This document shows, piece after piece, positions 25,694 to 35,727 of a stretch of DNA of 64,000 bases (position 1 is its first letter; each line of letters opens with the position of its first letter). Made by a program: the position numbers and the translations under genes. The stretch comes from an uncultured Actinomycetota bacterium. GTDB taxonomy: Bacteria > Actinomycetota > Actinomycetes > Mycobacteriales > Micromonosporaceae. The stretch lies in assembly GCA_963797675.1 (NCBI GenBank), contig CAWCQQ010000008.1, forward strand, positions 6,425 to 70,424, given 5' to 3'. Below the pieces are notes generated by a model. The model had not been told where the DNA came from. It searched no databases and worked only from the letters and a program-made list of their open reading frames with translations.

Positions 25694-27742
25694 TCATGGT
25701 GGTCGGATTGCGCGCGCATCCAGCGCCAGCGCGCCTCGCGGCGTCACCAGCAGCGGGTTGACTTCGAATTCGGCAATCTCGGGATGTGCCGCCGCGACCG
25801 CGGTGATCCGCGCGATCGCGTCGGCCGCGGCCTCGAGGTCAACAGCCGGACGGCCGCGCACGCCCGCCAGCAACGCCGCCGACCGCAGCGTCCGCAGCAG
25901 ATCCAGCCGCCAGATCAGCGGGTACGGGCGCCAGCGCGAACGCGACGTCGCGGAAGACCTCGGCGTACACGCCACCGAGACCGACCATCGCCACCGGCCC
26001 GAATCTCGGATCGGACGTTGACACCGACGATCAGCTCGATGCCGTCGGTGCCATCGGCCATCGCCTCGACCGAGTAGGACGGCGCACCGAGCCGCGCGTG
26101 CATGTCGGCATGCGCGGCGACCAGTGCGTCGACGTCGCGCAGCCCGACGCGTACGCCACCGGCATCCGACTTGTGCAGCAGGTGCAGCGCCTTGAGGACG
26201 AACGGGCCTCCGATGGCAACGGCGGCGGCCCGGAGTTCGTCGACCGTCGACACCTCGACGGCCGGCGGGAACCGGACACCGGCGTCGGCGAGCAGGCGCC
26301 GGCTGCCGAAGTAGCCGAGATCCGTCGCGGCCGCAGCCGGCCGGGGGAGCGCTGCGAAACCGCGCGGCCCGGTCGACGACATCACCGACGCGAGCGACGC
26401 CGCAGCATCCTCGATCGCGCCGAAAACGGGCGCGACGACCGATGTCAGCGACGGCGACGCCGGGTACATCGACTGGATCGCGACCGGCTTGCCGTGCTGC
26501 TCGACGAGCCGCCCGATCTCGGCGGCCGCCTTGCCTTCGCCGTCACCGAGCGCGGCGCCGCCGAAGCCGTCGCGCCGCGTACCCGCCGAAGAAGCCCGTC
26601 ATCAGCACGCCGTCGACGTCATCGGCGGCCAGCAGCGCGCCGAGCGCGTACGCGTAGCTCATCGGATCCTGCTCGCCCATGCCGGCGAGGTCGACCGGGT
26701 TCGTGACCGACGACTGGGACCAGAGCACATCCGCGACGCGGGCCTGCGCTTCGATGCCGAGCACCGGCACGGTGAGACCGGCGCGCTCGGCGACGTCGGC
26801 CGCGATCGAGCCGTGCCCGCCGCCGTCGGTGAGGATCGCCGACCCGCCGGCCGGTCGCCCGCCGGGGCGTCGTCAACGACGCGAGCAGCGCGGTCAGCTC
26901 CCTCGGCGTACGGGCGAGATGGATGCCGGCATCCCGGCACGCGGCCGCGACCACATCGGACGAACTGGTCAGCGCGCCGGTGTGCGATGCGGCGCTGCGC
27001 GCCGAGGCCTCGCCTCCGCCCGCTGTCAGGCGACGATCGGCTTGCCGTACTCGGACAGGGCCCCGGCCGCAGCCATCGCGAACCCCCGACCGTCGGCGAA
27101 GTCCTCGGCGTAGACCGCGATCGCGTTCGTCCGTTCGTGCCGTGCGCAGTCCTCGACCAGGTCGACGAGGCTGACGTCGGCCTGGTTGCCGAACGAGACG
27201 AATCGGGAGAAGCCCAGGCCGTGGCCGGTGCAGCCGAAGTTCGAGTTCGAGCGCGAGGTTGCCGCTCTGCGACAGCAGCGCGACCGAGCCGTCGGTGAAC
27301 CGGTCCGAGGACAGGTAGACCTGAGTGGTGTTGTCCACGAGGCCGAGGCAGTTCGGGCCGACCAGCACCGCGCCGGCGGCCCGGACGCGCTCGACGATCG
27401 CCCGCTGCCGTACGGCGCCATCCGCGCCCAGCTCGGCGAAGCCGGCCGTGATGCCGACGATGCCCCGCGCACCGAGCGCGAGTGCCTCATCGACGCACGC
27501 CTCGAAGCTCGCCGCCGGAACCGAGATGACCACGAGGTCGATCGGCTCGCCGATATCGGTCAGGCTGGTCGCCGCGCGCCGCCCGAGAATCGTGCCGCCA
27601 CGGCGGTTGACCAGGTGTACCGGCCGGCGGTCGCCGGCCCGCAGCGCCTGCGCCGCGACGGCGTGGCCCCACTTCGAATGGTCGTCGCTGGCCCCGACGA
27701 TCGCGACCGAGCGGGATCGAACAGCGCACTCAAATCTTTCAC
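25694..27742 (-). pseudogene. ADP-forming acetate/acyl-CoA ligase family protein (CoA-binding + SCS-like + ATP-grasp) with at least 6 frameshifts
   Basis: The start MKDLSALFDP is followed in another frame by RSVAIVGASDDHSKWGHA. Later pieces are VISVPAASFEACVDEALALGARGIVGITAGF..VGPNCLG, GLGFSRFVSFGNQADV, SHTGALTSS, TNPVDLAG, GGPFVLKALHLLHKSDAGGVRVGL and EFEVNPLLV, spread over all three frames. Confidence 0.8.
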
Positions 27743-27803
27743 TTCTACCTCCGCTTCGCAGGAGCCAGAAGTCCGGCTACACCAGTTCGCTCGCTGCGCT
27801 CGT

Positions 27804-27998
27804 TCATTTGGATTCCAGCCTCAGAGCCACGTTCGGGCAGATCGCGACGGCTGCGCGTGCGGCGTCGACCTGATCGGCCGGCACATCCGGCATGATGACC
27901 GCGGCGTAGCCCCACTCATCGAGTTGGATCAACGCCGGTGCCTGTTCGTGGCACAGCCCGTACGCCTGGCAGAGCGTGGGATCGACGTGCAGTTTCAT
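27804..27998 (-). CDS. Small ferredoxin
   Basis: 64 aa (MKLHVDPTLCQAYGLCHE...AICP). ATG at 27998 is preceded by GGAGGAA and overlaps the upstream stop (ATGA). Confidence 0.8.
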   Translation of the reverse strand: MKLHVDPTLCQAYGLCHEQAPALIQLDEWGYAAVIMPDVPADQVDAARAAVAICPNVALRLESK

Positions 27999-29188
27999 GC
28001 GTTCCTCCGAGCAAGTTCCATGGGTGAGACGAAGAATCGGGCGCCGCCGCTGCGGGTGGAGTCGGTGCAGGTCGGGCAGGCGCGATCGAGGTGCGCGGCA
28101 ACGGGTTCCGCGCAGTGCATGCCGAGCGATCCGGCGATCCGCGCCGCCGCGTCGAGCAGCCCGCAGGCGCCGCGTCCGGGCAGGCCGGTAGCCCAGCGGG
28201 CCACGTTCGCAACGTGCGTCTCGGTCGCCGTGCCGTCGCGCATCGCGGCGACCGCATCGGCGAGCGACCGCGTGCCCGAGACGCATACGCCGCACTGCCG
28301 GGAACTCTCGGCCGCGAGGTAGGCGAGCGCATCGGCGGCGACATCAATCGGGCAGTCGCCGCCGCTGAGCGCGTATATCGTGCCGTGGCCCATCGGTCCG
28401 ATCAGGTGCCCGGTGCCGATCGGAGCCAGGCCACCGAACATGCCGCCGACCAGCGCGAACTCGGTGTCCGGCAGGAGGTCATGCAGCGCGGTCCGGCTCG
28501 ACGCTTCGATCAGCTGCGGCTCGATACCGCTGCCCGCGAGCGTGATCAGGAGATGGCCGGTCGCGTCGATCCCGGACGCCAGCAGCGCCACATGGGCGAG
28601 CGTTTCGACGTTGCTGATCAGCGTCGGAGCGCCGCCGACGCCGTACTCGAACGGTCGGGGCGGCTTCGCGACCGGCAGCGCCGGCCCGCCGTCGAGGAAC
28701 CGGACGAGCGCGGTCTCCTCGCCGGCGACGTACGTGCGGGCCACCTCGACGACCGTCACGTCGATCGGTTGGGCGTGTTCGACCAGCGCCTCTCGGATCG
28801 TGCCGGCGGCGATCGGATCGGAGAGGTAGACGTACCCGCGCTCGGCACCGACCATCGCAGCCGCGCGCGCGAGACCGTCCAGGATCAGGTGGGGCCGCGT
28901 ACGCATCAGGTGCCGGTCCTTGATCGAACCGGGTTCGCCTTCCTCGCCGTTGGCCACGACGATCGGGGAGGTCGGTTGGGCGGCGACCGACTTCAGCTTC
29001 GTCGCCAGCGGGAACCCGGCTCCGCCGCGGCCGCGCAGGTTGGTCGCGTCGATGCGCGCAAGCAGGTCCGTCGAGGTCACGGCGTCGGCGTAGCCACCGG
29101 CCGCGCGATAGCCGTCAAGATCTTCGCACTCGTACGGCCGGCCGCCCAGCAGCAGCGGCTCCACATTGAGCGATCTGACCGTGGTCAT
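27995..29188 (-). CDS. NuoF-like flavoprotein (NADH dehydrogenase 51-kDa subunit family, Fe-S binding region)
   Basis: 397 aa with LRGRGGAGFPLATKLKSV (the NuoF FMN/NADH motif). It also has an SLBB-like middle region and a C-terminal Cys cluster (QCGVCVSGT...GACGLLD...CPTC). Confidence 0.85.
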   Translation of the reverse strand: MTTVRSLNVEPLLLGGRPYECEDLDGYRAAGGYADAVTSTDLLARIDATNLRGRGGAGFPLATKLKSVAAQPTSPIVVANGEEGEPGSIKDRHLMRTRPHLILDGLARAAAMVGAERGYVYLSDPIAAGTIREALVEHAQPIDVTVVEVARTYVAGEETALVRFLDGGPALPVAKPPRPFEYGVGGAPTLISNVETLAHVALLASGIDATGHLLITLAGSGIEPQLIEASSRTALHDLLPDTEFALVGGMFGGLAPIGTGHLIGPMGHGTIYALSGGDCPIDVAADALAYLAAESSRQCGVCVSGTRSLADAVAAMRDGTATETHVANVARWATGLPGRGACGLLDAAARIAGSLGMHCAEPVAAHLDRACPTCTDSTRSGGARFFVSPMELARRNA

Positions 29189-29658
29189 GAGGCGGCCGCC
29201 CGCAGCCTCGTAACGATCACGGTCAGCGCTTCGCGATCCGCGGCGACCCGCTGATAGCCGTCGCCCGGCAGGCCGATCAGCATCCGGTGGTGCTCAAGGA
29301 CGGCCTCCGCCGCCTGCAGGATCAGCGCCGCATCGTCCGCGTCCGAAGCAGCCGAGGCATCCGTGATCAGGCCGGTGACGTCGCCCAGGTAGCGCAGCCA
29401 GGATCGTTGCGTCCCGCGCATGATCAACGCTTCGATGCGGCGGGACTCGGCGGTGATCCACGGCGCGACATCCGCCGCCGTACCGGCGCTCAGCGCAGCA
29501 CTCGGGGCGCCGTGGCGGGCGCGCAGCATGGCGACGGCGACCGGCAGTTCGCGCTCGGGCTCGGGCGTGAGGCCCAGCCAAGCCAACCTCGCTCCCATGC
29601 CGCTCCATCCTCGATCGTGGTGACGTCGTGCTGCTCCGGCCACCCGAAACTCACCCAC
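29185..29658 (-). CDS. Hypothetical protein, translationally coupled to the NuoF-like gene
   Basis: It overlaps the downstream start by 4 nt. The start is uncertain (29658 or ATG at 29598). No family recognised. Confidence 0.45.
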   Translation of the reverse strand: MGEFRVAGAARRHHDRGWSGMGARLAWLGLTPEPERELPVAVAMLRARHGAPSAALSAGTAADVAPWITAESRRIEALIMRGTQRSWLRYLGDVTGLITDASAASDADDAALILQAAEAVLEHHRMLIGLPGDGYQRVAADREALTVIVTRLRAAAS

Positions 29659-29690
29659 GGTCGGCCGGCTTCGGGTGCCGTGGCGCCAAC

Positions 29691-29710
29691 CTAACTAACT
29701 GGTTAGTCAG
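29691..29710. promoter_or_regulatory. Palindromic operator 1 (TetR-type candidate) inside a minus-strand promoter
   Basis: CTAACTAACTGGTTAGTCAG contains the perfect palindrome ACTAAC-tg-GTTAGT. On the minus strand it lies within TTGCAA (29716-29711) - 17 nt - TAGGTT (29693-29688). Confidence 0.55.
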
Positions 29711-29786
29711 TTGCAAGAGGCAATATCCGAGCGACTGTCAAATCTTTGCAGCGTGACCCTTGACACGTCTCGGTCGGGGGTAGAGG

Positions 29787-29806
29787 CTAACTAACCAATT
29801 AGTCAG
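29787..29806. promoter_or_regulatory. Palindromic operator 2 (near-identical copy)
   Basis: CTAACTAACCAATTAGTCAG matches site 1 at 17 of 20 positions. It lies 21 nt downstream of a plus-strand TTGACA (29760-29765), ahead of the Rieske oxygenase gene. Confidence 0.5.
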
Positions 29807-29968
29807 GCCGTCGTTGCCCTAGCTGCGGCGGCCGGCTTTCCAGCCCCTGGAGCGTGAGATGCCGAGCCCGACCGCACCGAGCCGAACCGACGCACCGCCG
29901 GTCATGACCGACGAAACACACGTCGCTGAGCCGGCTGCCCTGGACGGGGAGGCGTCGAGTCTCCGAGG

Positions 29969-31109
29969 TTGCAGCAGCGACCCGCCGTTACCAGCGGGGT
30001 CGGCGAAGCGCTCGCGGCGCGGTACTACGTGGACCCCGCCGTGGCGGACGCCGAGAGCGAACGCATCTTCGCGCGGACCTGGCAACTGGCGTGCCACGAG
30101 TCGGATCTGCCGGCGGTCGGCGCGCGGATCGTGGTGAGCGATCGCCGGGCGCGAGGTGATCGTCGTCCGGACCGAGACCGGGCTGGCCGCGCATCTGAAC
30201 GTCTGCCGGCATCGCGGGTCCCGGCTCGTCACCGGGCCCGAGACCGAGGGCAAGGCGATCCGGTGCCGGTACCACGGTTGGACGTACAACCTGGATGGAA
30301 CGCTTGTCGGGGCGCCGGAGGGCAAGACCATCCCGTGCCTCGACCGCCCGAGCCTCGGTCTGTTCCCGCGCGAGTGGAGTCGTTCCTCGGGCTGGTCTTC
30401 GTCAACCTCGACCGCGACGCGACGCCGCTGGCGGAGCAGCTCACCGGGCTTGGAGGAGCGGATCGGCCGCTATCTCGGCGCGGATCTCGTGCCGGTCGGG
30501 AAATACCGGATCTACACCGACCTCGAGCAGCAGGACGCGAACTGGAAGGTGATCGTCGACAACTACCTCGAGGGTTACCACGTGCCGGTCGCGCACCCGG
30601 GACTCATGCGGCTGCTCGACTACCAGCGCTACACCGTCGCCACGACCGAGCACTACGCCTACTTCGAGGTGCCGCTGCGGGACAAGCCGTCGTCGAACCT
30701 GCTGGAGCGCGCCTACCAGCGGATGGCGTCGCCGATGCCGGGTCTGCGCGAGTCCGACCGGCGGATCTGGCGCTACCTGATGATCTATCCGAACACGCTG
30801 ATCGATCTCTACCCGGATCACGTGCTCGCCTGGAAGGTCACGCCGCACGGGGTCGGCCGGGCCGGGCTGCCGGGCGCGTTCTATGCCCGCCCGGGGACGA
30901 GCCTGCGGACCCGGATCGCGCAACGGCTGAACATCAAGATCGGCTGGATCACGAACGACGAGGATGCCGAGCTGGTCGCGCGGGTCCAGCAGGGCGTCGC
31001 GACGCCCGGCTGGGGTCCGGGCCCGCTGTCCCGGCGGGAAGCCGGCGTCGCGTGGTTCGCCGACCGCATTCGCGCTGATATCGGCGTCGACAAAGGAGAA
31101 CAGCAGTGA
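29969..31109 (+). pseudogene. Rieske [2Fe-2S] ring-hydroxylating/N-demethylating oxygenase alpha subunit with about 3 frameshifts
   Basis: The pieces alternate between ORFs 29969.. and 30156... They are YYVDPAVADAESERIFARTWQLACHESD, then CRHRGSRL..CRYHGWTY (Rieske motif), then VESFLGLVFVNLD, then DANWKVIVDNYLEGYHVPVAHPGL. The true start may lie upstream (about 29904). Confidence 0.8.
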
Positions 31110-31735
31110 CGGCTGAAGAACGCGCGGAGTCGACGCGTCGCAAGATCCTGACGGCGGCCTGCGAGGTGATCGCGGAGCTGGGCTTCGAAGGCGTACGCAT
31201 GCGCAGCGTCGCCGCCCGTGCCGAGGTCTCCAGCGCGCTGCTGCACTACCACTTCGAGAACCGGGAGAAGCTGTTCCTCGCGGCGCTGCGGTTCTCGTTC
31301 GAGAACGCCGGGTCGGCGACGTACGACGAGGCGCCGCCCGGAGATCACCCGAACACGTGGCGCCTCGCCCGGATCATCGACGGCTGCCTGCCGATCGACG
31401 CCGAGCTGCGGCGCGACTTCCTGCTCTGGCAGGAGCTGTGGCTGCGCGGCGCCCGTGACGCCGACTCGAAGGCGCTCGCGGTCGTGCTCTACGGCGAGTT
31501 GCGGGAGTGGGCCGGCGGCGCGATCCGCGACGGCATCAACGCCGGCGAGTTCATCGCCTGCGACGTCCAGGCGGTGACCGACCTGCTGCTCGCCCTCACC
31601 GACGGCTACGGCATCCGACTCGTACTCGACGATCCGCTGCTCAACCTCGACCGAGCGCGTACCCAGATCTGGGCCGCGATCAGTCGTGATCTCGGCATCA
31701 CCATGCCGTTCCCGGTAGTCCAACGCGTTTCCTGA
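31106..31735 (+). CDS. TetR/AcrR-family transcriptional regulator
   Basis: 209 aa with the N-terminal HTH RRKILTAACEVIAELGFEGVRMRSVAARAEVSSALLHYHFENREKLF. Its start overlaps the oxygenase stop. Confidence 0.9.
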   Translation: MTAEERAESTRRKILTAACEVIAELGFEGVRMRSVAARAEVSSALLHYHFENREKLFLAALRFSFENAGSATYDEAPPGDHPNTWRLARIIDGCLPIDAELRRDFLLWQELWLRGARDADSKALAVVLYGELREWAGGAIRDGINAGEFIACDVQAVTDLLLALTDGYGIRLVLDDPLLNLDRARTQIWAAISRDLGITMPFPVVQRVS

Positions 31736-31773
31736 ACCCCTTTCATAAAACCCACCTCGAAAGGAACGTTCCC

Positions 31774-32904
31774 ATGCCCCAGGGAACTTCACGCCGCAAC
31801 ATCCTGCGCGGCGGCCTGATCGGCGCAGCCGCATTGGCGACCTCGGCCTGTGCGTTCGCGCCGCAGACCGCCGCCACGGCGACGCCGTCCGCGGTCGACA
31901 CCCAGCCCGCGGTCAAGCCGACGATCGACGGCGACCTCGTCTACTTCAACTGGGCCGACTACGTCGACCCGTCGATCTTCGACGGGTTCAAGAAGGAGTA
32001 CGGCGTCAACATCGTCCAGTCGAGCTTCGACTCGATGGAGTCGATGGTGGACAAGATGAACGCCGGCAACTCGTACGACGTGATCTTCCCGTCCGCGAAG
32101 TGGACGCAGCGGCTCTGGCAGGCCGGCAAGCTCGCCCACATCGACCCGAACTCGCTGGTCAACGGCGCGGCGATCTACGGCACGTACACCTACTTCGATG
32201 ACCCGTGGTACGACCCGAAGTCGCAGCACAGCGTGCCGTTCAGCATGTACAAGACCGGCATCGGCTGGCGCAAGGACAAGCTCGGCGACCTGACCGGCTC
32301 GTGGGGCGACATGTGGAACGCGACCGCCAGCGGCCACACGTACGTGCTGGACGACCGCGACGAGGCGCTCGGCATGGCCGCGCTGCGGCTCGGCCTGGAC
32401 GTGAACACCGCGAAGCCGGACGATCTCGCGAAGATCGTGACGATGCTCAAGGATCTGCGCAGCCATCTGCGCGCGTTCGACAGCGACGACTACGACAACC
32501 TGCTCAACGGCAACGCGTGGATGACCCAGGCGTGGAGCGGCGACATGACCACGGTGCTGTCGCAGGCGAAGAACCCGAACCAGTACGGCTTCGAGGTCGC
32601 GAAGGAGGGCGCGCCGGTCAACTCGGACTGCTACGCGATCCCGGCCAACGCGGCTCACCCCGGCACGGCGCTGCTGTTCATCGACTTCATGCTGCGGCCG
32701 GAGAACGTGATCAAGAACATCAACTACATCGGCTACCCGATGCCGGTCAAGGGCACCGAGTCGGCGTACGAGGCGCTGGTCGCGACATTGCCGCAGTGCG
32801 TCGTGACGGTCGACGACCTGAAGAGCGCGGTCACGTTCCAGAACGGTACGCAAGCCGGCGAGCAGGCCCGCGACGCTGCGTGGACCGACGCTCAGGCGGG
32901 GTGA
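31774..32904 (+). CDS. Polyamine (spermidine/putrescine) ABC transporter substrate-binding lipoprotein, PotD/PotF family
   Basis: The N-terminus is Tat-like (RRNILRGGLIGAAALATSAC, with a lipobox Cys). The body motifs are NWADY, YDVIFPS and the PotD-like WSGD. Confidence 0.85.
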   Translation: MPQGTSRRNILRGGLIGAAALATSACAFAPQTAATATPSAVDTQPAVKPTIDGDLVYFNWADYVDPSIFDGFKKEYGVNIVQSSFDSMESMVDKMNAGNSYDVIFPSAKWTQRLWQAGKLAHIDPNSLVNGAAIYGTYTYFDDPWYDPKSQHSVPFSMYKTGIGWRKDKLGDLTGSWGDMWNATASGHTYVLDDRDEALGMAALRLGLDVNTAKPDDLAKIVTMLKDLRSHLRAFDSDDYDNLLNGNAWMTQAWSGDMTTVLSQAKNPNQYGFEVAKEGAPVNSDCYAIPANAAHPGTALLFIDFMLRPENVIKNINYIGYPMPVKGTESAYEALVATLPQCVVTVDDLKSAVTFQNGTQAGEQARDAAWTDAQAG

Positions 32905-32905
32905 C

Positions 32906-33830
32906 ATGGCGGACATGACCGATGTGATGACGCGGCCGGCCACGACGCCGGCCACGACGAAGAAGCCATCGCAGGCGAAGAGTGCGAACCGGCTGTGGCT
33001 GCTGCTCGCCGCTGCCCGGTACGGCCTGGATGTCGGTGTTCTTCATCGCGTCGCTGCTGCTGGTGATCGCGCTGTCGTTCGGCACCACCGACTCGCTCGG
33101 CGGTGCCCACTTCGGCGCGTCGCTCGCGAACGTCAAGGCGCTCGGCGACCCGGTGTTCCTCAAGGTCGCCGCCCGGTCGCTGGTCTACTCGGTGCTGACC
33201 GCGGTGCTGTGCCTCGCGCTCGGCTATCCGGTCGCGTACGCGATCGCTCTGCACGGCGGCCGGTACAAGAACGCGCTGATCGCCGCCGATCGTCGTGCCG
33301 TTCTTCGCGAACTACCTGGTCCGGATGTACGGCTGGTCGGCGGTGCTGTCCGACAACGGCCCGATCCTGTCGCTGGGTCGCAAGCTGGGCCTGTCGCCGG
33401 ACGTGCACATCATCAACACCGAGCTTCGGCGTGATCCTCGGCCTGGTCTACGGCTTCATCGTGTTCATGATCCTGCCGCTCTACGCGGCCCTGGAACGGA
33501 TGGACACGTCGCTGATCGAGGCCGGCCGAGACCTGTACGGCGGCCCGCTGCGGACGTTCCTGTTCGTCACGGTGCCGGCCACCCGGCAGGGCGCGCTCGC
33601 CGGCCTCGTGCTCGTCTTCCTGCCGGCCACCGGCGACTTCGTCAGCGCGCAGTTCATGGGCGGCCCGAACCAGATCATGATCGGCGGCCTGATCCAGCAG
33701 AAGTTCACCGAGGCAGATCAACTGGCCGCTCGGATCCGCACTGACGATGGCGCTGCTGCTCGTACTCCTGATCGGCATGTTCGGCTATCTGCGCCGAGCC
33801 CGCCGCGACGAAACGGATGCACTGCGATGA
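32906..33830 (+). pseudogene. Polyamine ABC transporter permease (PotB-like) with about 4 frameshifts
   Basis: The colinear permease sequence hops between three frames near 33000, 33290, 33425 and 33720. The pieces include ..SLVYSVLTAVLCLALGYPVAYAIA.., PFFANYLVRMYGW, LIEAGRDLYGGP (EAA loop) and NWPLGSALTMALLLV... Confidence 0.8.
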
Positions 33831-34651
33831 GATCTCCTAAGCGAGTCGTCCGCCGGCCACGCACGGCCATCGTCATCACCGCGCTGTTCTTCGTGCTGTT
33901 CTACCTGCCGATCGCGGTCGTCGTGCTGTTCTCGTTCAACTCGCAGAAGTCGCTGTCCGTGTTCAAGGGCTTCAGCCTGCAGTGGTACACGGCGTTCTTC
34001 CACGATCAGGAGCTGACCGGATCGCTCGGCATGAGCCTGAAGGTCGCCGCGGTCGCGATGGTCGGCTCGGTCATCGTCGGTGTCGCGCTGGCGCTGGGGC
34101 TGGTCCGCGTACGGTCGAGGTTGGGCTCGTTCGCCAGCCTGATCATGTTGATCCCGCTGGTCACGCCGGAGATCGTCACCGGTGTCGCGTCGCAGATGCT
34201 GTTCAAGGGCTTCGGCATGCATCTGTCGATCACGACCGTGATGATCGCCGAGATCACGTTCTCGATCTCGTACGTGACGGTCATCCTCCGCAGCCGCGTC
34301 GCCGCGCTGAATCCGGAGCTCGAAGAGGCCGCGATGGACCTCGGCGCGACGCGTTTCCAGGCGCTGCGCCTGGTCACGCTGCCCGCGCTGATGCCCGCGA
34401 TCCTGGCCAGTTCGGTGCTGATGTTCGCGCTGGTCTTCGACGACTTCGTGCTCGCGTCGTTCACCACCGGCGTCTCGCCGCAGCCGCTGCCGGTGCGGAT
34501 CTACTCCGCGATCCGGACCGGCGTGAAGCCGACCATCAACGCGGTCGGCACGCTCATGCTCGTCGCCTCGATCGGCCTGATCGTGCTGGCGATGGTGATT
34601 CCACGGTTCTTCGGCCGCAAGGGCGGCCTGGATATCTTGTCGGGAGACTAG
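33827..34651 (+). CDS. Polyamine ABC transporter permease (PotC-like)
   Basis: ATG at 33827 overlaps the PotB-like stop (ATGA). 274 aa, 6 TM spans, EAA loop [16 protein letters not shown]. Confidence 0.85.
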   Translation: MRSPKRVVRRPRTAIVITALFFVLFYLPIAVVVLFSFNSQKSLSVFKGFSLQWYTAFFHDQELTGSLGMSLKVAAVAMVGSVIVGVALALGLVRVRSRLGSFASLIMLIPLVTPEIVTGVASQMLFKGFGMHLSITTVMIAEITFSISYVTVILRSRVAALNPELEEAAMDLGATRFQALRLVTLPALMPAILASSVLMFALVFDDFVLASFTTGVSPQPLPVRIYSAIRTGVKPTINAVGTLMLVASIGLIVLAMVIPRFFGRKGGLDILSGD

Positions 34652-34653
34652 GA

Positions 34654-35725
34654 ATGAACACACCAGCCGTAAGACTCGACCGGATCTCCAAGGAGTTCGA
34701 CGGAAACCTCGCCGTCAACGACGTCACGCTCGACATCGCTCCCGGTGAGTTCTTCTCGCTGCTCGGCCCGTCCGGCTGCGGCAAGACCACGTCGCTGCGG
34801 ATGATCGGCGGCTTCGCCGACCCGACAGCCGGCTCGATCCTGCTCGACGGCGTCGACGTCACGTCGCTGCCGCCGAACGAGCGCAACGTGAACACGGTCT
34901 TCCAGAGCTACGCCGTCTTCGAGCACCTGACCGTCGCGGACAACGTCGCGTTCGGCCTGCGTCGCAAGGGCGTCGCCAAGGCGGAGATCAAGACGCGAGT
35001 GTCGGACATGCTCGATCTCGTGCAGCTCACCGGCATGGCGGACCGCCGCCCGCGTACGCTCTCCGGCGGTCAACGGCAGCGGGTCGCGCTCGCCCGGGCC
35101 CTCGTCTGCCGGCCGGCCGTACTGCTGCTGGACGAGCCGCTGGCCGCGCTCGACCTGAAACTACGCCGCCAGATGCAGGTCGAGTTGAAGCATATCCAGC
35201 GCGAGGTCGGCATCACGTTCGTGTTCGTCACGCACGACCAGGACGAGGCGCTGACCATGTCCGACCGGCTCGCAGTGATGAACGGCGGCGTGGTCGAGCA
35301 GTGCGGTACCCCCGAGGACGTGTACGAGCGGCCGGCCACGAAGTTCGTCGCCTCGTTCATGGGCACGTCCAACCTGATGTCCGGCATCTACACGTCGGAC
35401 GGGCGGGTCACGCTCGACGGCGGCCCGTCGGTCGCGGTCGGTGCCCGGGACGGGTTCGCGAACGGTGCCGCGGTCAACGTGTCGATCCGGCCGGAGAAGA
35501 TCTGGCTGTCCGAGTTCGAGCCGGGCATGGTTCAGGCGCGCCGGAACCGTACGGGACACGGTCTACGGCGGTGCCACCACGACGTACCTGATCGATCTCG
35601 CACCGGGCATCTCGGTCGCCGTTCTGGAGCAGAACACCGACCGGTCCCGCAACGAGGACCGCTGGTCGAACGGCCAGAACGTCCAGGTCGGCTGGCGTCC
35701 CGAGCACTGTCTGGTGCTGGCATAG
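34654..35725 (+). pseudogene. Polyamine ABC transporter ATP-binding protein (PotA-like) with one frameshift
   Basis: It has Walker A ([11 protein letters not shown]), the signature [15 protein letters not shown] and Walker B (LLLDEPL). The C-terminal TOBE-like part continues in ORF 35441..35725. The shift is near 35530-35545. Confidence 0.85.
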
Positions 35726-35727
35726 CC

